A stretch of 64,000 nucleotides of DNA from an uncultured delta proteobacterium (GCA_963717045.1 CAVQVD010000010.1:406255-470254), one strand, 5' to 3'; numbered from the stretch's first letter, positions 9,596-19,538 are shown. Program-made: numbers and translations. Notes: generated by a model not told the origin, from the sequence alone.

Positions 9596-11357
9596 ATGGG
9601 CCAGGAAACAGCGGCGCGGGAAGCAGTTGGAATGGCAAGGCGGTCTGTGTGTTTATCCCTGGGCCTGCTGCTGAGCGTCGGCGTATGCGCGGCGGAACAA
9701 TTCGAGGCCGTAAGCGCGGCGGCCTCGAAGGTTAAAAACGGGGTTTCGCGAATCGAAGCTTCGCAAATCCAGGCACCGATAGACGCCACGATGGCGCGTC
9801 TTAGGCGCCTGGAGAACGTAGCCGGATTTGACGCCGCCCGTCTTTCAGCGGCTAACCGCAACCTGTTCAGTCTTGCCGACCGCTGGGCGGCCGTTCGCGA
9901 GCGTTTGCTCCAGGGCGCGGCGCCCCCCGCGTCCGTCGATTTCGAGCAATCGCCCACTGCCGCAACGACGCAGATGCCGCTGGTACTGGGGACCAATCTC
10001 CGCCGCTCACGCTATTCGGGTTTCACTCAAAGCCAGACGGCGACCGCCTGGTGTGGCGCCAGCGTGGTGATGGCCTTCAATGACACTGGGGCTGAGCTCA
10101 CGACGATGGCTTCCGGCCGCGGCGTCAGCATGGACGGCTATGCGGCGTCATCCAACCGCGGCGCCACTTTCACCTATATGGGATCGCCGGCGACGCCAAG
10201 CGATCCTAACACGTTTATGTCGGGCGACCCGGTCGTGGCGTGCGCCGACGCCGCGACTTTCTACTACGTCTCGGGATTTCTTGACGGCACGCACGGAATA
10301 TCGGGAGTGAGCTTGTCGATCTCGACTGACGGCGGGAAGATTTTCGCGGCGCCGGTCATGATAACCGGAGCAGCCATCGAACAGACATATCGTGGATAGC
10401 CCTTGGGCTGCAGTCGATCACAGTACGCCGAGCCGTCTCTATGTAACGTACACCGATCTAGATTTTTCCGGTTCGATATGCGGGACCGAAAACGGCTCGG
10501 CGGTGCCGCGCTATGCGATAGAAATCGTGAGTTCGGCGAACGGTGGAGCGACCTGGACCGGCACGCCGACAGTGGTGGCGCAAGTATGTGCCAATGGTGC
10601 GCATCCGTTCGCCTTCGTCGATGGCGCGCGGGTGGCTGCGGGGCCGGCCGGCGAGGTTTACGTGGCGTGGGAATTGTTTGGCGATACCGACGACCTGGGC
10701 GGTCGTGAAATCGATATAGCGAGGTCGACCGACCAGGCGCAGTCATTCGCCTCGCCGGTTAAGGTGGCGAGCATCGCCTGCGCCGGCGACTGCGCAGATT
10801 GGCAGGGGCTTTTGCACAGCAATGAGCATCCAAGCCTCGCGGTCGGCAAAGGACCTCATAGCGGGAAGGTCTACCTGGCGTGGAATGACGGCGATCGTCA
10901 GGCTCCTGACGCATTGAGCACGACCGGCCTGTATGACTTCACCGACATCGTGTTCAGTCAGTCGGCCGACCGAGGTGCGACTTGGACGACGCCGGTTAGG
11001 GTCAATAACAACTCCGAACGCGGCAGCGCCCCGCCGACCGACCAATTCGAGCCGGCGCTCGCTACCGACCTTAGCGGCCGCATTGCTATTTGCTTTTACG
11101 ACCGCCGCAACGACCCTGCCAATTTTTTAATCGACCGCTACTGCGCCTCTTCGCACAACGGTGCGGTTTGGTCTAACAGCCGCATTACGTTCATACACTT
11201 CCCGACAATCGTCGGCCAGGACGTCCTGGTGGCACCCGACTACATGGGCGACTATGACACGCTCACCTCCGACACGCTCGACCGACACCCGGGATTCGTC
11301 GGTGGCTATACGTCCAATCTGGCCGGCAACCCGGTGATCAGAACCCTCCAGTACTAA
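9596..11357 (+). CDS. secreted BNR/Asp-box repeat protein (sialidase-like fold), apparently split by a frameshift near 10365-10395 into ORFs 9596-10399 and 10392-11357
   Basis: Signal peptide in ORF1 (MARRSVCLSLGLLLSVGVCAA). ORF2 has no signal peptide but carries BNR motifs (SSANGGATW, SQSADRGATW, SSHNGAVW). The two ORFs overlap by 8 bp in different frames, and the sequence reads as one protein across the junction. Confidence 0.55.
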
Positions 11358-11525
11358 GTTCGGTTCCTCACGGCTCATCCAGCCGCCGCTGTCCGGATTC
11401 GCGCACAAAGCTAATCGTCTGCGGGGCACTCGCGATGCCGCGCGTTCGATCGTGAGACAGTAATCCGGCCGTAGTTCCGCAAAGCCCATACAAACAAATC
11501 ACTTCCACATCGTGGCTTCAGTGGC

Positions 11526-12497
11526 ATGACCGATGCTGCTGTCCTTTGTGACACTCCCGCATCAGCGATCACCGCAATGAAGCATCCAAGTCAACATCCG
11601 CAGCGCTATAAACGCGCACAAATAGTAGTAGTGCTCGCTATGTCATTGCCGGCATTAATCGGCGCCGTAGCGTTGAGCGCCGATGTCGGAGTTCTCTATT
11701 TCAATTGGCAGATGCTGCAAACCGCGGCGGATTCCGCAGCGGTAGCGGGCGCGGCCTACCTTCCATCGAACTCGACTCAGGCGATCTCTACTGCCAATGC
11801 CTACGCGTCACGCAACGGCATCCTTGCCGGGGAGATCACTTCGACCACCGTGTCTTCGAACTCTAATTCTCTCAATATACAGTTACGGCGGACCGTTCCG
11901 TATAGCTTTGCGCTGCTCTTGGGACTAGTCACGGGAAGCGTCTCGGCGCAGGCAACCGCACAGATACAGACTATCGGCAAAACCGTGGGTGTAACACCAA
12001 TAGGAATTGACTATCGCACCCAATACTCGAGCGGACAAGTCGTCACCCTGCTGCCTGGGCAGGTAGGAGCAGGGAACTGGGGCTCGTTGGCACTCGGCGG
12101 CACTGGTTCGAGCATTCTTTCGCAGAACATCGAAAACGGCTACCAGGGCCGCATCTCAGTGGGAGATTTCATTCCCACCGAGACCGGGATGGCCACCGGT
12201 CCAATCCAGAGTGCTTTCAACTACCGGATCAACGAAGGACAGAGTCTCGATTCCGGGGGCACTTTCTCGAGTCACACAGCGACAGACCCACGTGTGTTGA
12301 TTGTCCCGATGGTGGACTTCAGCAACATCAACGGCAGTTCGCAGGTGCCGGTGAAAGGCTTCGCGGCATTGTGGTTGGTAAGCGTTGATAGCCACGACGA
12401 TATCTCGACCTATTTCATAAATCAGGTGGCCGCGGGCAGCACGCCCGATGCGAGCGCCACCAACTACGGTGCGTACAAGGCGGTGCTCGTTCAATGA
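11526..12497 (+). CDS. TadE/TadG-like Flp-pilus assembly (pseudopilin-like) protein
   Basis: N-terminal TM segment (IVVVLAMSLPALIGAVALSADVGVLYF) typical of the TadG N-terminal domain. Lies immediately upstream of the flp genes. Confidence 0.65.
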   Translation: MTDAAVLCDTPASAITAMKHPSQHPQRYKRAQIVVVLAMSLPALIGAVALSADVGVLYFNWQMLQTAADSAAVAGAAYLPSNSTQAISTANAYASRNGILAGEITSTTVSSNSNSLNIQLRRTVPYSFALLLGLVTGSVSAQATAQIQTIGKTVGVTPIGIDYRTQYSSGQVVTLLPGQVGAGNWGSLALGGTGSSILSQNIENGYQGRISVGDFIPTETGMATGPIQSAFNYRINEGQSLDSGGTFSSHTATDPRVLIVPMVDFSNINGSSQVPVKGFAALWLVSVDSHDDISTYFINQVAAGSTPDASATNYGAYKAVLVQ

Positions 12498-12613
12498 GTG
12501 GATCGGCAATCCAAACATCCCGAGCTCACATATCTATTTCCCAGCAACGAAGGTGGTGTCTCAAAATGAACTGGATAAGCAGACTGTGTGTGGAAAACGT
12601 GGAGCGTGCGCGG

Positions 12614-12769
12614 ATGAGAATCAGCGCTATGAGTGAAGGTCAAACCATGACTGAGTATGCACTTATACTCGCGGCAGTCGCGATCGTCGCTTATATCACT
12701 TACCAGGTGATGGGTCAGGACATCGGCTCGATGGTCAGTACGGTCGACACGTCACTGAGTAGTTCATAG
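12614..12769 (+). CDS. flp: Flp/Fap pilin 1
   Basis: Prepilin motif G/QTMTEYALILAAVAIVAY (the G/XXXXEY Flp cleavage site). GGAG 8 nt upstream of ATG 12614. The ORF track extends the frame to 12494. Confidence 0.8.
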   Translation: MRISAMSEGQTMTEYALILAAVAIVAYITYQVMGQDIGSMVSTVDTSLSSS

Positions 12770-12860
12770 ATGTTCCTCCGCCTAAACGCACCAGATCGGC
12801 GGGCGGAGCTTACCAAAAGAAAGATCAATAACCGGCTGTGACCGAGAACGAGGAGCGAGT

Positions 12861-13064
12861 ATGGAACTGTTCAAGAAAATGTACGTGAAAGTGAACGAGA
12901 AGATTACGAAGAGCATTCGCAGTAATGCGGAAGGCCAGACGATGACGGAGTACGCACTGATTCTGGCCGCTGTGGCGATCGTGGCGTACGTGACCTATCA
13001 AGTGATGGGCCAGGACATCGGCTCGATGGTCAGCAAGATCGACACGGCGCTCGCCACAGCGTAA
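12861..13064 (+). CDS. flp: Flp/Fap pilin 2
   Basis: 67 aa; 26-aa leader then G/QTMTEYALILAAVAIVAYVTY. AGGAG Shine-Dalgarno. Mature region near-identical to flp1. Confidence 0.85.
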   Translation: MELFKKMYVKVNEKITKSIRSNAEGQTMTEYALILAAVAIVAYVTYQVMGQDIGSMVSKIDTALATA

Positions 13065-13180
13065 GGCGGAACTGGCCACAACTCGACGCCAGTAGTCGAT
13101 CGGTAAGGTCCACGCATCAGTGAAGAGACGGCGGCGGGTCGTGGAGCTGGCGCGATAACTGAGGAAACGCTGAGTTGAAC

Positions 13181-13207
13181 GGCGGGGCGAAAGCCCCGCC
13201 GGTTTCG
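13181..13207 (+). terminator. stem-loop (attenuator/terminator-like) between the pilin genes and tadZ
   Basis: GGCGGGGC-gaaa-GCCCCGCC, a perfect 8-bp GC stem with GAAA tetraloop, followed by GGTTTCG. Confidence 0.5.
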
Positions 13208-13259
13208 CGAACAGGCGGGGACGCCGTTCGAAGGGGATCACCTCGCAAGGGAGACATTC

Positions 13260-14510
13260 GTGGGACGGTCGAGCAGTAGGAAGGAGATGCCGAAAGGCAG
13301 TTTGTCGGTGCTCCTGGTTGGTCGCGATGAAAATCTGATTGCGCAGGCACGCGAGGTGTTAGGCGCTCTCGGCGAACCGCCTCTGGTGATCGCAGAGGCG
13401 CCTCCGGATGGAGCCGCCGCGGCGCTGATGGCGGAGTCGGACGTGGCGATGATCGTGTTCGGCGCGGATGAAGAAGAGGCCTTGGGGTATTTGCAAAAGG
13501 AGTCGGAGCGGGCGGTGCGTCCGACGCTGTTCGCACTTCTGAGTGCGGAGTCGGAGGCGCTGATGCGGCGCGTTCTGCGCGCCGGAGCGGACGAGGTTCT
13601 CGTTCTGCCGTTGGTGGCGGGTGAGCTGATGCGCCCGTTGCTCAAGGTCAGCGAGGCGCTCCGGCGAAGCAAGAGTCTCAGCGGGGGCAAGATCGTTTCG
13701 ATCGCCAGTATGGACGGCGGAGCGGGCGTCACCGCGCTTTGCGCCAACCTCGGTCTGGCATTATTAGGTGCGGGCGGAGTGCGCGTGGCGCTGGTGGACC
13801 TCGATTTGCAGCAAGGCGGCCTCAGCAGTTTGCTCGAAGCCGAGCCCACGCGTGGCATCCTCGCCCTGGCGCGCCTTGACCGCAAGCCGGATTCAATCGG
13901 CTTGGAGGCGGCGCTAACCAAACATGCGTCGGGACTCTTCGTACTGGGCGCGCCGATCCGGATCGAGGACAGCGAGGAGGTTTCCGACACCGCGGTCGGC
14001 AACCTGCTCGAACTGCTGAGGCAACTATTCGACTACATAGTAATCGACTGCGGCGGCCACGTTGACGAGAACTCGGTGGCCGCGTGGGAGCGCTCGCAGG
14101 AAGTGCTCTATGTGCTCGAGCAGTCGATAGTCGCGACGCAGCGGGCCGGACGGTTTCTTGAATTTTTTCGGCGACTCAGGATCGACGGAATCGAGCCGCG
14201 GCTGGTGCTCAACCGCTTTCAGCCGGGCCATCCGATCGGCGAGGCCCAGATCGTCACGAGCCTCAAGTGTCCGATTTACGCGCGCATCCCGTGTGATGAA
14301 CGGGTGATGGAAAAATCAGTGGCGACGGCGCGAATGCCATTGCAGGTGGCGCCTAACTCCGCGTTGGTGCGTGCCTACGCGGAACTGGCGAACCGCCTTG
14401 GCGTCAGCGAACAAGTCACGGCCGAGAGCCGAATCGCCCCTGGGGCCAGGTTTTGTCAGCCGGCTGCTGGGCTCGCTGGGCGCTCGTGCCTGAGGGGAGA
14501 AGCGCAATGA
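13260..14510 (+). CDS. cpaE: Flp pilus assembly protein CpaE/TadZ (receiver-like N-domain plus ParA/MinD-like ATPase domain)
   Basis: 416 aa; N-terminal receiver-like domain (SVLLVGRDE..), MinD-like domain with deviant P-loop SMDGGAGVT. ATGA overlap with cpaF. Confidence 0.8.
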   Translation: MGRSSSRKEMPKGSLSVLLVGRDENLIAQAREVLGALGEPPLVIAEAPPDGAAAALMAESDVAMIVFGADEEEALGYLQKESERAVRPTLFALLSAESEALMRRVLRAGADEVLVLPLVAGELMRPLLKVSEALRRSKSLSGGKIVSIASMDGGAGVTALCANLGLALLGAGGVRVALVDLDLQQGGLSSLLEAEPTRGILALARLDRKPDSIGLEAALTKHASGLFVLGAPIRIEDSEEVSDTAVGNLLELLRQLFDYIVIDCGGHVDENSVAAWERSQEVLYVLEQSIVATQRAGRFLEFFRRLRIDGIEPRLVLNRFQPGHPIGEAQIVTSLKCPIYARIPCDERVMEKSVATARMPLQVAPNSALVRAYAELANRLGVSEQVTAESRIAPGARFCQPAAGLAGRSCLRGEAQ

Positions 14511-15886
14511 GATTGACCGACAGGATATCACAGAATACCAACCGCGCCCCGGTCGAGCAGCCGGGCGCCTTTCTCGCCGGAGGCAGCGGGGGCGTATGGC
14601 GGCCCAAGGACGAGGCCGCGGAATCCACACGCGAGCTTAAAATAAAGGTACATAACCGGCTGTTCGAATCGATGGACGTCTCGCGGATGGAGATGCTCGA
14701 CCCGGCGCTGATCTCGGCCAAAGTCACCGCCGCAATCGGCGACACGTTGGATGAGGACGGACGTCTGCTGACCGAAGGCGATCGCACGCGGCTGGTCGAA
14801 GAGGTCAAGAACGAGTTGCTCGGGCTAGGGCCGCTCGAGCCGCTGCTGCGCGACGACGACGTGACCGACATCATGGTCAACGGACGTGATCACGTCTACG
14901 TGGAAAAGCACGGCAAACTTCACGAGACCGGCATCCACTTCCACGACGACCAGCATCTGATGCTGATTATCGACCGCATCGTTTCGCAAGTTGGGCGCAG
15001 GGTCGACGAATCGTCGCCGATGGTCGACGCGCGCCTGCGCGACGGATCGCGCATCAACGCGATTATTCCGCCGCTGGCGATCGATGGACCGGCGCTCTCG
15101 ATCCGCCGCTTCGGCAAGAAACGCTACTCGATCGCGGACTTGCTGGCCAAGCAAAGTATCTCGCCAGAGATGGTGGCGCTGCTCCAGGCGGTGGTGAAGG
15201 CCCGGCTCAACCTTTTGGTCTGCGGCGGCACTGGCTCGGGCAAAACCACGATGCTCAACTGTCTTTCGAGCTTCGTGCCGGCCGACGAGCGCATCGTCAC
15301 CATCGAGGATTCGGCCGAACTATCGCTCCAGCAGACCCACGTGGTGCGGCTGGAAACGCGCCCGCCCAACCTCGAAGGCAAGGGCGAGATCACGGCGCGC
15401 GAACTGGTGCGCAACACGCTACGGATGCGCCCCGATCGAATCATCGTCGGCGAAGTGCGCGGGGCCGAGGTTTTCGACATGCTGCAGGCCATGTCGACGG
15501 GCCACGATGGCTCGATCGCGACCATTCACGCCAACAGCTCGCGCGAGTGCCTCGGACGACTCGAGATGATGATGTTGCTGTCGGGCTTTTCGATCCCACA
15601 GCGTGCGATGCGCCAGCAGATCGCCTCCGCAATCAACATCATCGTCCACGTCGCGCGCCTGTCCGACGGTTCACGCAGGATGATGAAGATTTCCGAAGTT
15701 ACCGGCATGGAAGGCGAAGCCATCATGATGCAGGACCTGTCCGAGTTTGTGCATAGCGAGACCGAAGCGAGCGGCAAAGTGCGCGGCCACTACCGTCCCA
15801 CCGGTATCCGTTCGGCTTACGCCCAGCGCATCGAGCGCGCCGGCTACAAGCTTGACGACATTTTGCGGGCTACGGGTACCGATTGA
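14507..15886 (+). CDS. cpaF: Flp pilus assembly ATPase CpaF/TadA (secretion NTPase family)
   Basis: Walker [10 protein letters not shown], Asp box and Walker B (IIVGEVRG), His box (ATIHANS). ATG at 14507; the ORF track starts earlier at 14453. Confidence 0.9.
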   Translation: MRLTDRISQNTNRAPVEQPGAFLAGGSGGVWRPKDEAAESTRELKIKVHNRLFESMDVSRMEMLDPALISAKVTAAIGDTLDEDGRLLTEGDRTRLVEEVKNELLGLGPLEPLLRDDDVTDIMVNGRDHVYVEKHGKLHETGIHFHDDQHLMLIIDRIVSQVGRRVDESSPMVDARLRDGSRINAIIPPLAIDGPALSIRRFGKKRYSIADLLAKQSISPEMVALLQAVVKARLNLLVCGGTGSGKTTMLNCLSSFVPADERIVTIEDSAELSLQQTHVVRLETRPPNLEGKGEITARELVRNTLRMRPDRIIVGEVRGAEVFDMLQAMSTGHDGSIATIHANSSRECLGRLEMMMLLSGFSIPQRAMRQQIASAINIIVHVARLSDGSRRMMKISEVTGMEGEAIMMQDLSEFVHSETEASGKVRGHYRPTGIRSAYAQRIERAGYKLDDILRATGTD

Positions 15887-16836
15887 TGGACCTGCTGATC
15901 GCGCTCGCGGTGTTTTTGCTGTTTGCCGGCGTCGGTGCGCTGCTGGTTCATCGCTCGCTCGATCACGTGGCGGTGGCGCGCCGTCTCGACGCGGTCACCC
16001 GCCCTGATGAGCTGATCGATCCGCTCGTGCGTACCGGCCCGCGCTCGCGCGCCGCCCATGGCCTGTTCAATGGCCTGCTGCCTCGACTCGACCTGATGCG
16101 CCGACTCGAACAGTACATGTGGCAGGCCGGCATGTATCAGAGTGGCTACAGAACGATACTATTAATGGGCGGACTGCTTGCCGCTGGGATCTGTGGCGGG
16201 ACGCTGGTCGCCGGAGATCTTCTAATCTCGATCGGCGCAGGCCTGGCGCTTTGCACGACGCCGTTGTTGTATATCCGGTTCAAGCGGACACGCCGACTCA
16301 AGGCCTTCCTGATTCAGCTCCCCTACGCGCTCGATCTGATCAAGTCGTCACTCGAGGCCGGCCATACGTTGCAGCGTGGGATGCAAGTGGTCGAGCAAGA
16401 GTTTGCCGATCCTCTGGGCGGCGAGTTTCGCACCGTGGTCGAGCAGACGCGACTCGGACTGCCGATCACCCACGCGCTCGCCGACATGCTGGCGCGGGTA
16501 CCCGAGGACGATTTGCGCCTGTTCGTGGTCGCGGTCAAGGTGCAATCCGACGTGGGCAGTTCGCTGGCGCAGATCATCGCGCGGCTTTCCGACATCGTGC
16601 GCACGCGCCAGCGCCTGTTCTCGCAGATTCGCGCGCTCACCGCGCAATCCCGGATGAGCGGGATGGTGGTGGGACTACTGCCGGTGGTGGTGCTCGCGAT
16701 GTTCAGCATCGTCCAACCGAGCTACGCACAAATGCTGTTCTTCGATCACACCGGTCAGATCATTTTGAAGATGGCGTCTGGTCTCGACTTTGGCGCCTTT
16801 CTGCTGATTCGGCACATCCTGAAGGTCAAATTCTGA
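15883..16836 (+). CDS. tadB: Flp pilus assembly protein TadB (T2SS-F domain membrane protein)
   Basis: 317 aa, polytopic, T2SSF-type helical domain. Start overlaps the cpaF stop (TGATG). Confidence 0.8.
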   Translation: MMDLLIALAVFLLFAGVGALLVHRSLDHVAVARRLDAVTRPDELIDPLVRTGPRSRAAHGLFNGLLPRLDLMRRLEQYMWQAGMYQSGYRTILLMGGLLAAGICGGTLVAGDLLISIGAGLALCTTPLLYIRFKRTRRLKAFLIQLPYALDLIKSSLEAGHTLQRGMQVVEQEFADPLGGEFRTVVEQTRLGLPITHALADMLARVPEDDLRLFVVAVKVQSDVGSSLAQIIARLSDIVRTRQRLFSQIRALTAQSRMSGMVVGLLPVVVLAMFSIVQPSYAQMLFFDHTGQIILKMASGLDFGAFLLIRHILKVKF

Positions 16837-16849
16837 CCCGAGGTGGGCA

Positions 16850-17785
16850 ATGAGTCCTCTGCTAGTCAGTACCATCGTATTCCTGGTGCTCGCCGGCGCC
16901 GCGACGGCAGTCTATGTCTCCGTCAACAGCGACAAGCACCTGATGCAGGGGCGGATGAGCCAGTTGGGATACCGGGCGCGCGTCAGCATGGCCGCTGCGG
17001 GCATGCCGGTTGCCTCCGATGATCGGCAGACGACCCGCGCGCTGCTCAAGTGGGCGGTTGAACGGCTACCCAAGCCGAAGGCGATTACGGTCTATAGCGA
17101 GAAGCGTGGCGAGTTACTGGTACAGGCAGGCTTTAAAGCCTCGAGTCTCGGCGTCTTCCGACTGTGCAAGGTCGCCGCGGCGGTGTGTGGTTTATTGCTG
17201 GGATTTCTTCCTGGCCTCATATTCGACGTACGAGGAAGCCGCGTAATCCTGCTGACGATCATGGGCGCCGCCGTGGGTGCGTTCCTGCCTGGGTACTATC
17301 TCAACAAGCGCGCCAAGAACCGCCAGATCGATATCGGACGCCAACTTTCCGATGTGCTCGATCTGCTAGTGGTGTGCGTCGAGGCGGGGCTCGGCTTGTT
17401 GGAGGCAATCAAGGTCGTCGGTAACGAGACCCAGGCCCAGCAGCTAGTCATCGGACAGGAGCTTTCGCAAGTCGCAGGCGAGGTCAACGCCGGGTCTTCG
17501 CTGGGACAGGCATTGAGGGCCCTGGCCGACCGCAGCGGGGTCGCCGATATCAAGCCGCTCGCCGCGACCCTGATTCAGAGTGAGCAACTCGGCGCTGCGA
17601 TCGGCCCCGCTTTGCGTGCGATCTCCGACTCGATCCGTTCCCGCCGACGCTTGCATGCCGAGGAGTCGGCCCAGAAAACCACCATCAAAATTCTCTTCCC
17701 GCTGGTGCTGATGATTTTGCCAGCGATGCTGCTCATCATCATCGGTCCGGCGATCGTACAAACCGTTCGTACGCTGAGCTTCTAA
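16850..17785 (+). CDS. tadC: Flp pilus assembly protein TadC (T2SS-F domain membrane protein)
   Basis: 311 aa, TM N-terminus, T2SSF domain. GAGGTGGG Shine-Dalgarno. Follows tadB with a 13-bp gap. Confidence 0.8.
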   Translation: MSPLLVSTIVFLVLAGAATAVYVSVNSDKHLMQGRMSQLGYRARVSMAAAGMPVASDDRQTTRALLKWAVERLPKPKAITVYSEKRGELLVQAGFKASSLGVFRLCKVAAAVCGLLLGFLPGLIFDVRGSRVILLTIMGAAVGAFLPGYYLNKRAKNRQIDIGRQLSDVLDLLVVCVEAGLGLLEAIKVVGNETQAQQLVIGQELSQVAGEVNAGSSLGQALRALADRSGVADIKPLAATLIQSEQLGAAIGPALRAISDSIRSRRRLHAEESAQKTTIKILFPLVLMILPAMLLIIIGPAIVQTVRTLSF

Positions 17786-17995
17786 TCCGTATTCCAACGG
17801 CTGCGACGCGGGCTGCTGGCTCCCGTGCGGTCCCGTTCCCGCGCAGAGGCGCTCTACGACTTTCCGATTACGGATTTTTCCTTAGGGCAGGACGCGCTTA
17901 CAATGAAGCGCGACACGTTTGTCGCGCAGCGATACAATAGGGCGTATGAGTTGGCCGAGTGGTTAATCATTTTGCAGATCGACGGAGTAGGGTGG

Positions 17996-18358
17996 ATGGG
18001 AGGAATGGTTCCGAGGTTGGCGCTTTTCAGATTGGCGGTCTCAGGGTTGGCACTAGCGGGATTGATGGCGAGCGGATGTTTGCAAGTGGCGCCGCAACCT
18101 CCAGTGCCCTCCACCACGATGAGTTCGTGGGGACCGATGGGTGGCTTTTCAATGACTTCCGGCGCGCCATGTAGCGGCCGGGCGACGCTGAGCGACGGCA
18201 CAGCCTTGGTCAGCGACACGTGTTTCAGCGGCGCCGATAATATCGTGTTGTGCACGGACACCACCGCAGCGAATCCGCTCAGATGCACGCCGACCAACGG
18301 CAGCCTCTCAATCTCCGGCGGCATCGGGGATACGGTTTCATATGCGCGGGTCCGCTGA
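17996..18358 (+). CDS. Cys-rich lipoprotein of unknown function, at the end of the tad operon
   Basis: Lipobox LMASG-C after MGGMVPRLALFRLAVSGLALAG; five further Cys in the mature part. The ORF is open from 17825. Confidence 0.4.
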   Translation: MGGMVPRLALFRLAVSGLALAGLMASGCLQVAPQPPVPSTTMSSWGPMGGFSMTSGAPCSGRATLSDGTALVSDTCFSGADNIVLCTDTTAANPLRCTPTNGSLSISGGIGDTVSYARVR

Positions 18359-18484
18359 GCCTGCGCCGCAGCCGCGCGCCGTGTTCGTTCGCGGGGGCAT
18401 CGTTGCGGCTCGCGGCGCCCGATAATAGCTAACGCGGTGGGCGAAGCGTTCGACAGAAGCGAAGCGTCGATAATAACCAGATCA

Positions 18485-18970
18485 ATGGAAGACTCGGCTC
18501 TCAAGCAACGCGCGCTCGAATTGTGGAACGAGGGCGTTCAGCATCACATGCACGGCGACTTCGACGGCGCAATCTTGCTGTACACCAAATCGCTCGAAGT
18601 CTGCCCGACTGCCGAGGCGTACACCTTCCGCGGTTGGGCCTACAATGTTCTGGGCCGCGTCGATGACGCGATCGGCGAATGCAGAAAAGCGATCGAGGTC
18701 GATCCCGATTTCGGCAATCCATATAACGACATCGGCGCCTACCTGATCGCCAAGGGCGAACTCGACCAAGCGGTGCCATGGCTGGAGCGGGCCAAGGCTG
18801 CACCACGGTACGAGCCGCGCCATTTTCCCTACATGAACCTGGGACGCCTGTATGCCGCCAAGGGCATGCTGCAACAGGCTATTCGCGAGTTCGAGCGCGC
18901 GCTCGAGTTTCAGCCGGGTGAACCCGCCTGCGAGGCCTTCATCGCCCGCCTGCGCGCGATGCTCAATTGA
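18485..18970 (+). CDS. TPR-repeat protein
   Basis: Three or four TPR-like units (AILLYTKSLEV..AYTFRGWAYNVLGRVDDAIGECRKAIEVDP...). The ORF is open from 18437; ATG at 18485. Confidence 0.6.
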   Translation: MEDSALKQRALELWNEGVQHHMHGDFDGAILLYTKSLEVCPTAEAYTFRGWAYNVLGRVDDAIGECRKAIEVDPDFGNPYNDIGAYLIAKGELDQAVPWLERAKAAPRYEPRHFPYMNLGRLYAAKGMLQQAIREFERALEFQPGEPACEAFIARLRAMLN

Positions 18971-19023
18971 GCGCTGTGGGGGAGTGAAAGGATGAGCGGC
19001 CCGATGAGAAGGCGGGAAGGAGC

Positions 19024-19473
19024 GTGATGCTGAAGGCGGGTGAAGCGGCGCCGGAGTTTACGCTGGCCGCCGATGACGGCACGCAGTTGGCGCTGTCGAG
19101 CCTGCGCGGGCGCAGAATCTTGCTCTGGTTTTTTCCCGAGGCCGATACGCCGGGTTGCAGTCTCGAGGGACGTAGCCTGCGCGACCATCGCGAATACTTC
19201 GACCAGAGCGCGATCGAGGTGATAGGCGTCAGTTTCGACAGCGTCGCCGATAACGCTGCCTTTGCGCGTAAACACAACTTCGGCTTCAGGCTGCTCAGCG
19301 ATACGACACACGAGGTCGCCCTGGCCTATGGCGCCTGCGATAGCCTGAAGGCGAGATATCCCGAACGCATCAGCTTCCTAATCGACACCAATGGGCGGAT
19401 CGAGCGTGTTTACGACAAGGTCGATCCGCGGGACCATGCGGCGCAGGTGCTCGCCGGCGTGCTCGGCGAGTGA
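19024..19473 (+). CDS. bcp: thiol peroxidase Bcp/PrxQ (peroxiredoxin)
   Basis: AGEAAPEFTL...WFFPEADTPGCSLE...GVSFDS, the canonical Bcp motifs. Confidence 0.85.
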   Translation: MMLKAGEAAPEFTLAADDGTQLALSSLRGRRILLWFFPEADTPGCSLEGRSLRDHREYFDQSAIEVIGVSFDSVADNAAFARKHNFGFRLLSDTTHEVALAYGACDSLKARYPERISFLIDTNGRIERVYDKVDPRDHAAQVLAGVLGE

Positions 19474-19538
19474 CCGACGTTCTCCTTGCCGCGGAATGAG
19501 ACAGGCGCGATGGCGCGGCGCTTGCTCTCTTATCAGCC

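Noticed and set aside
9145-9996. 283-aa minus-strand ORF in the 8.7-9.6 kb gene-poor region
   Set aside because: Ala/Arg/Ser-rich low-complexity translation antisense to the BNR gene start; no motifs.
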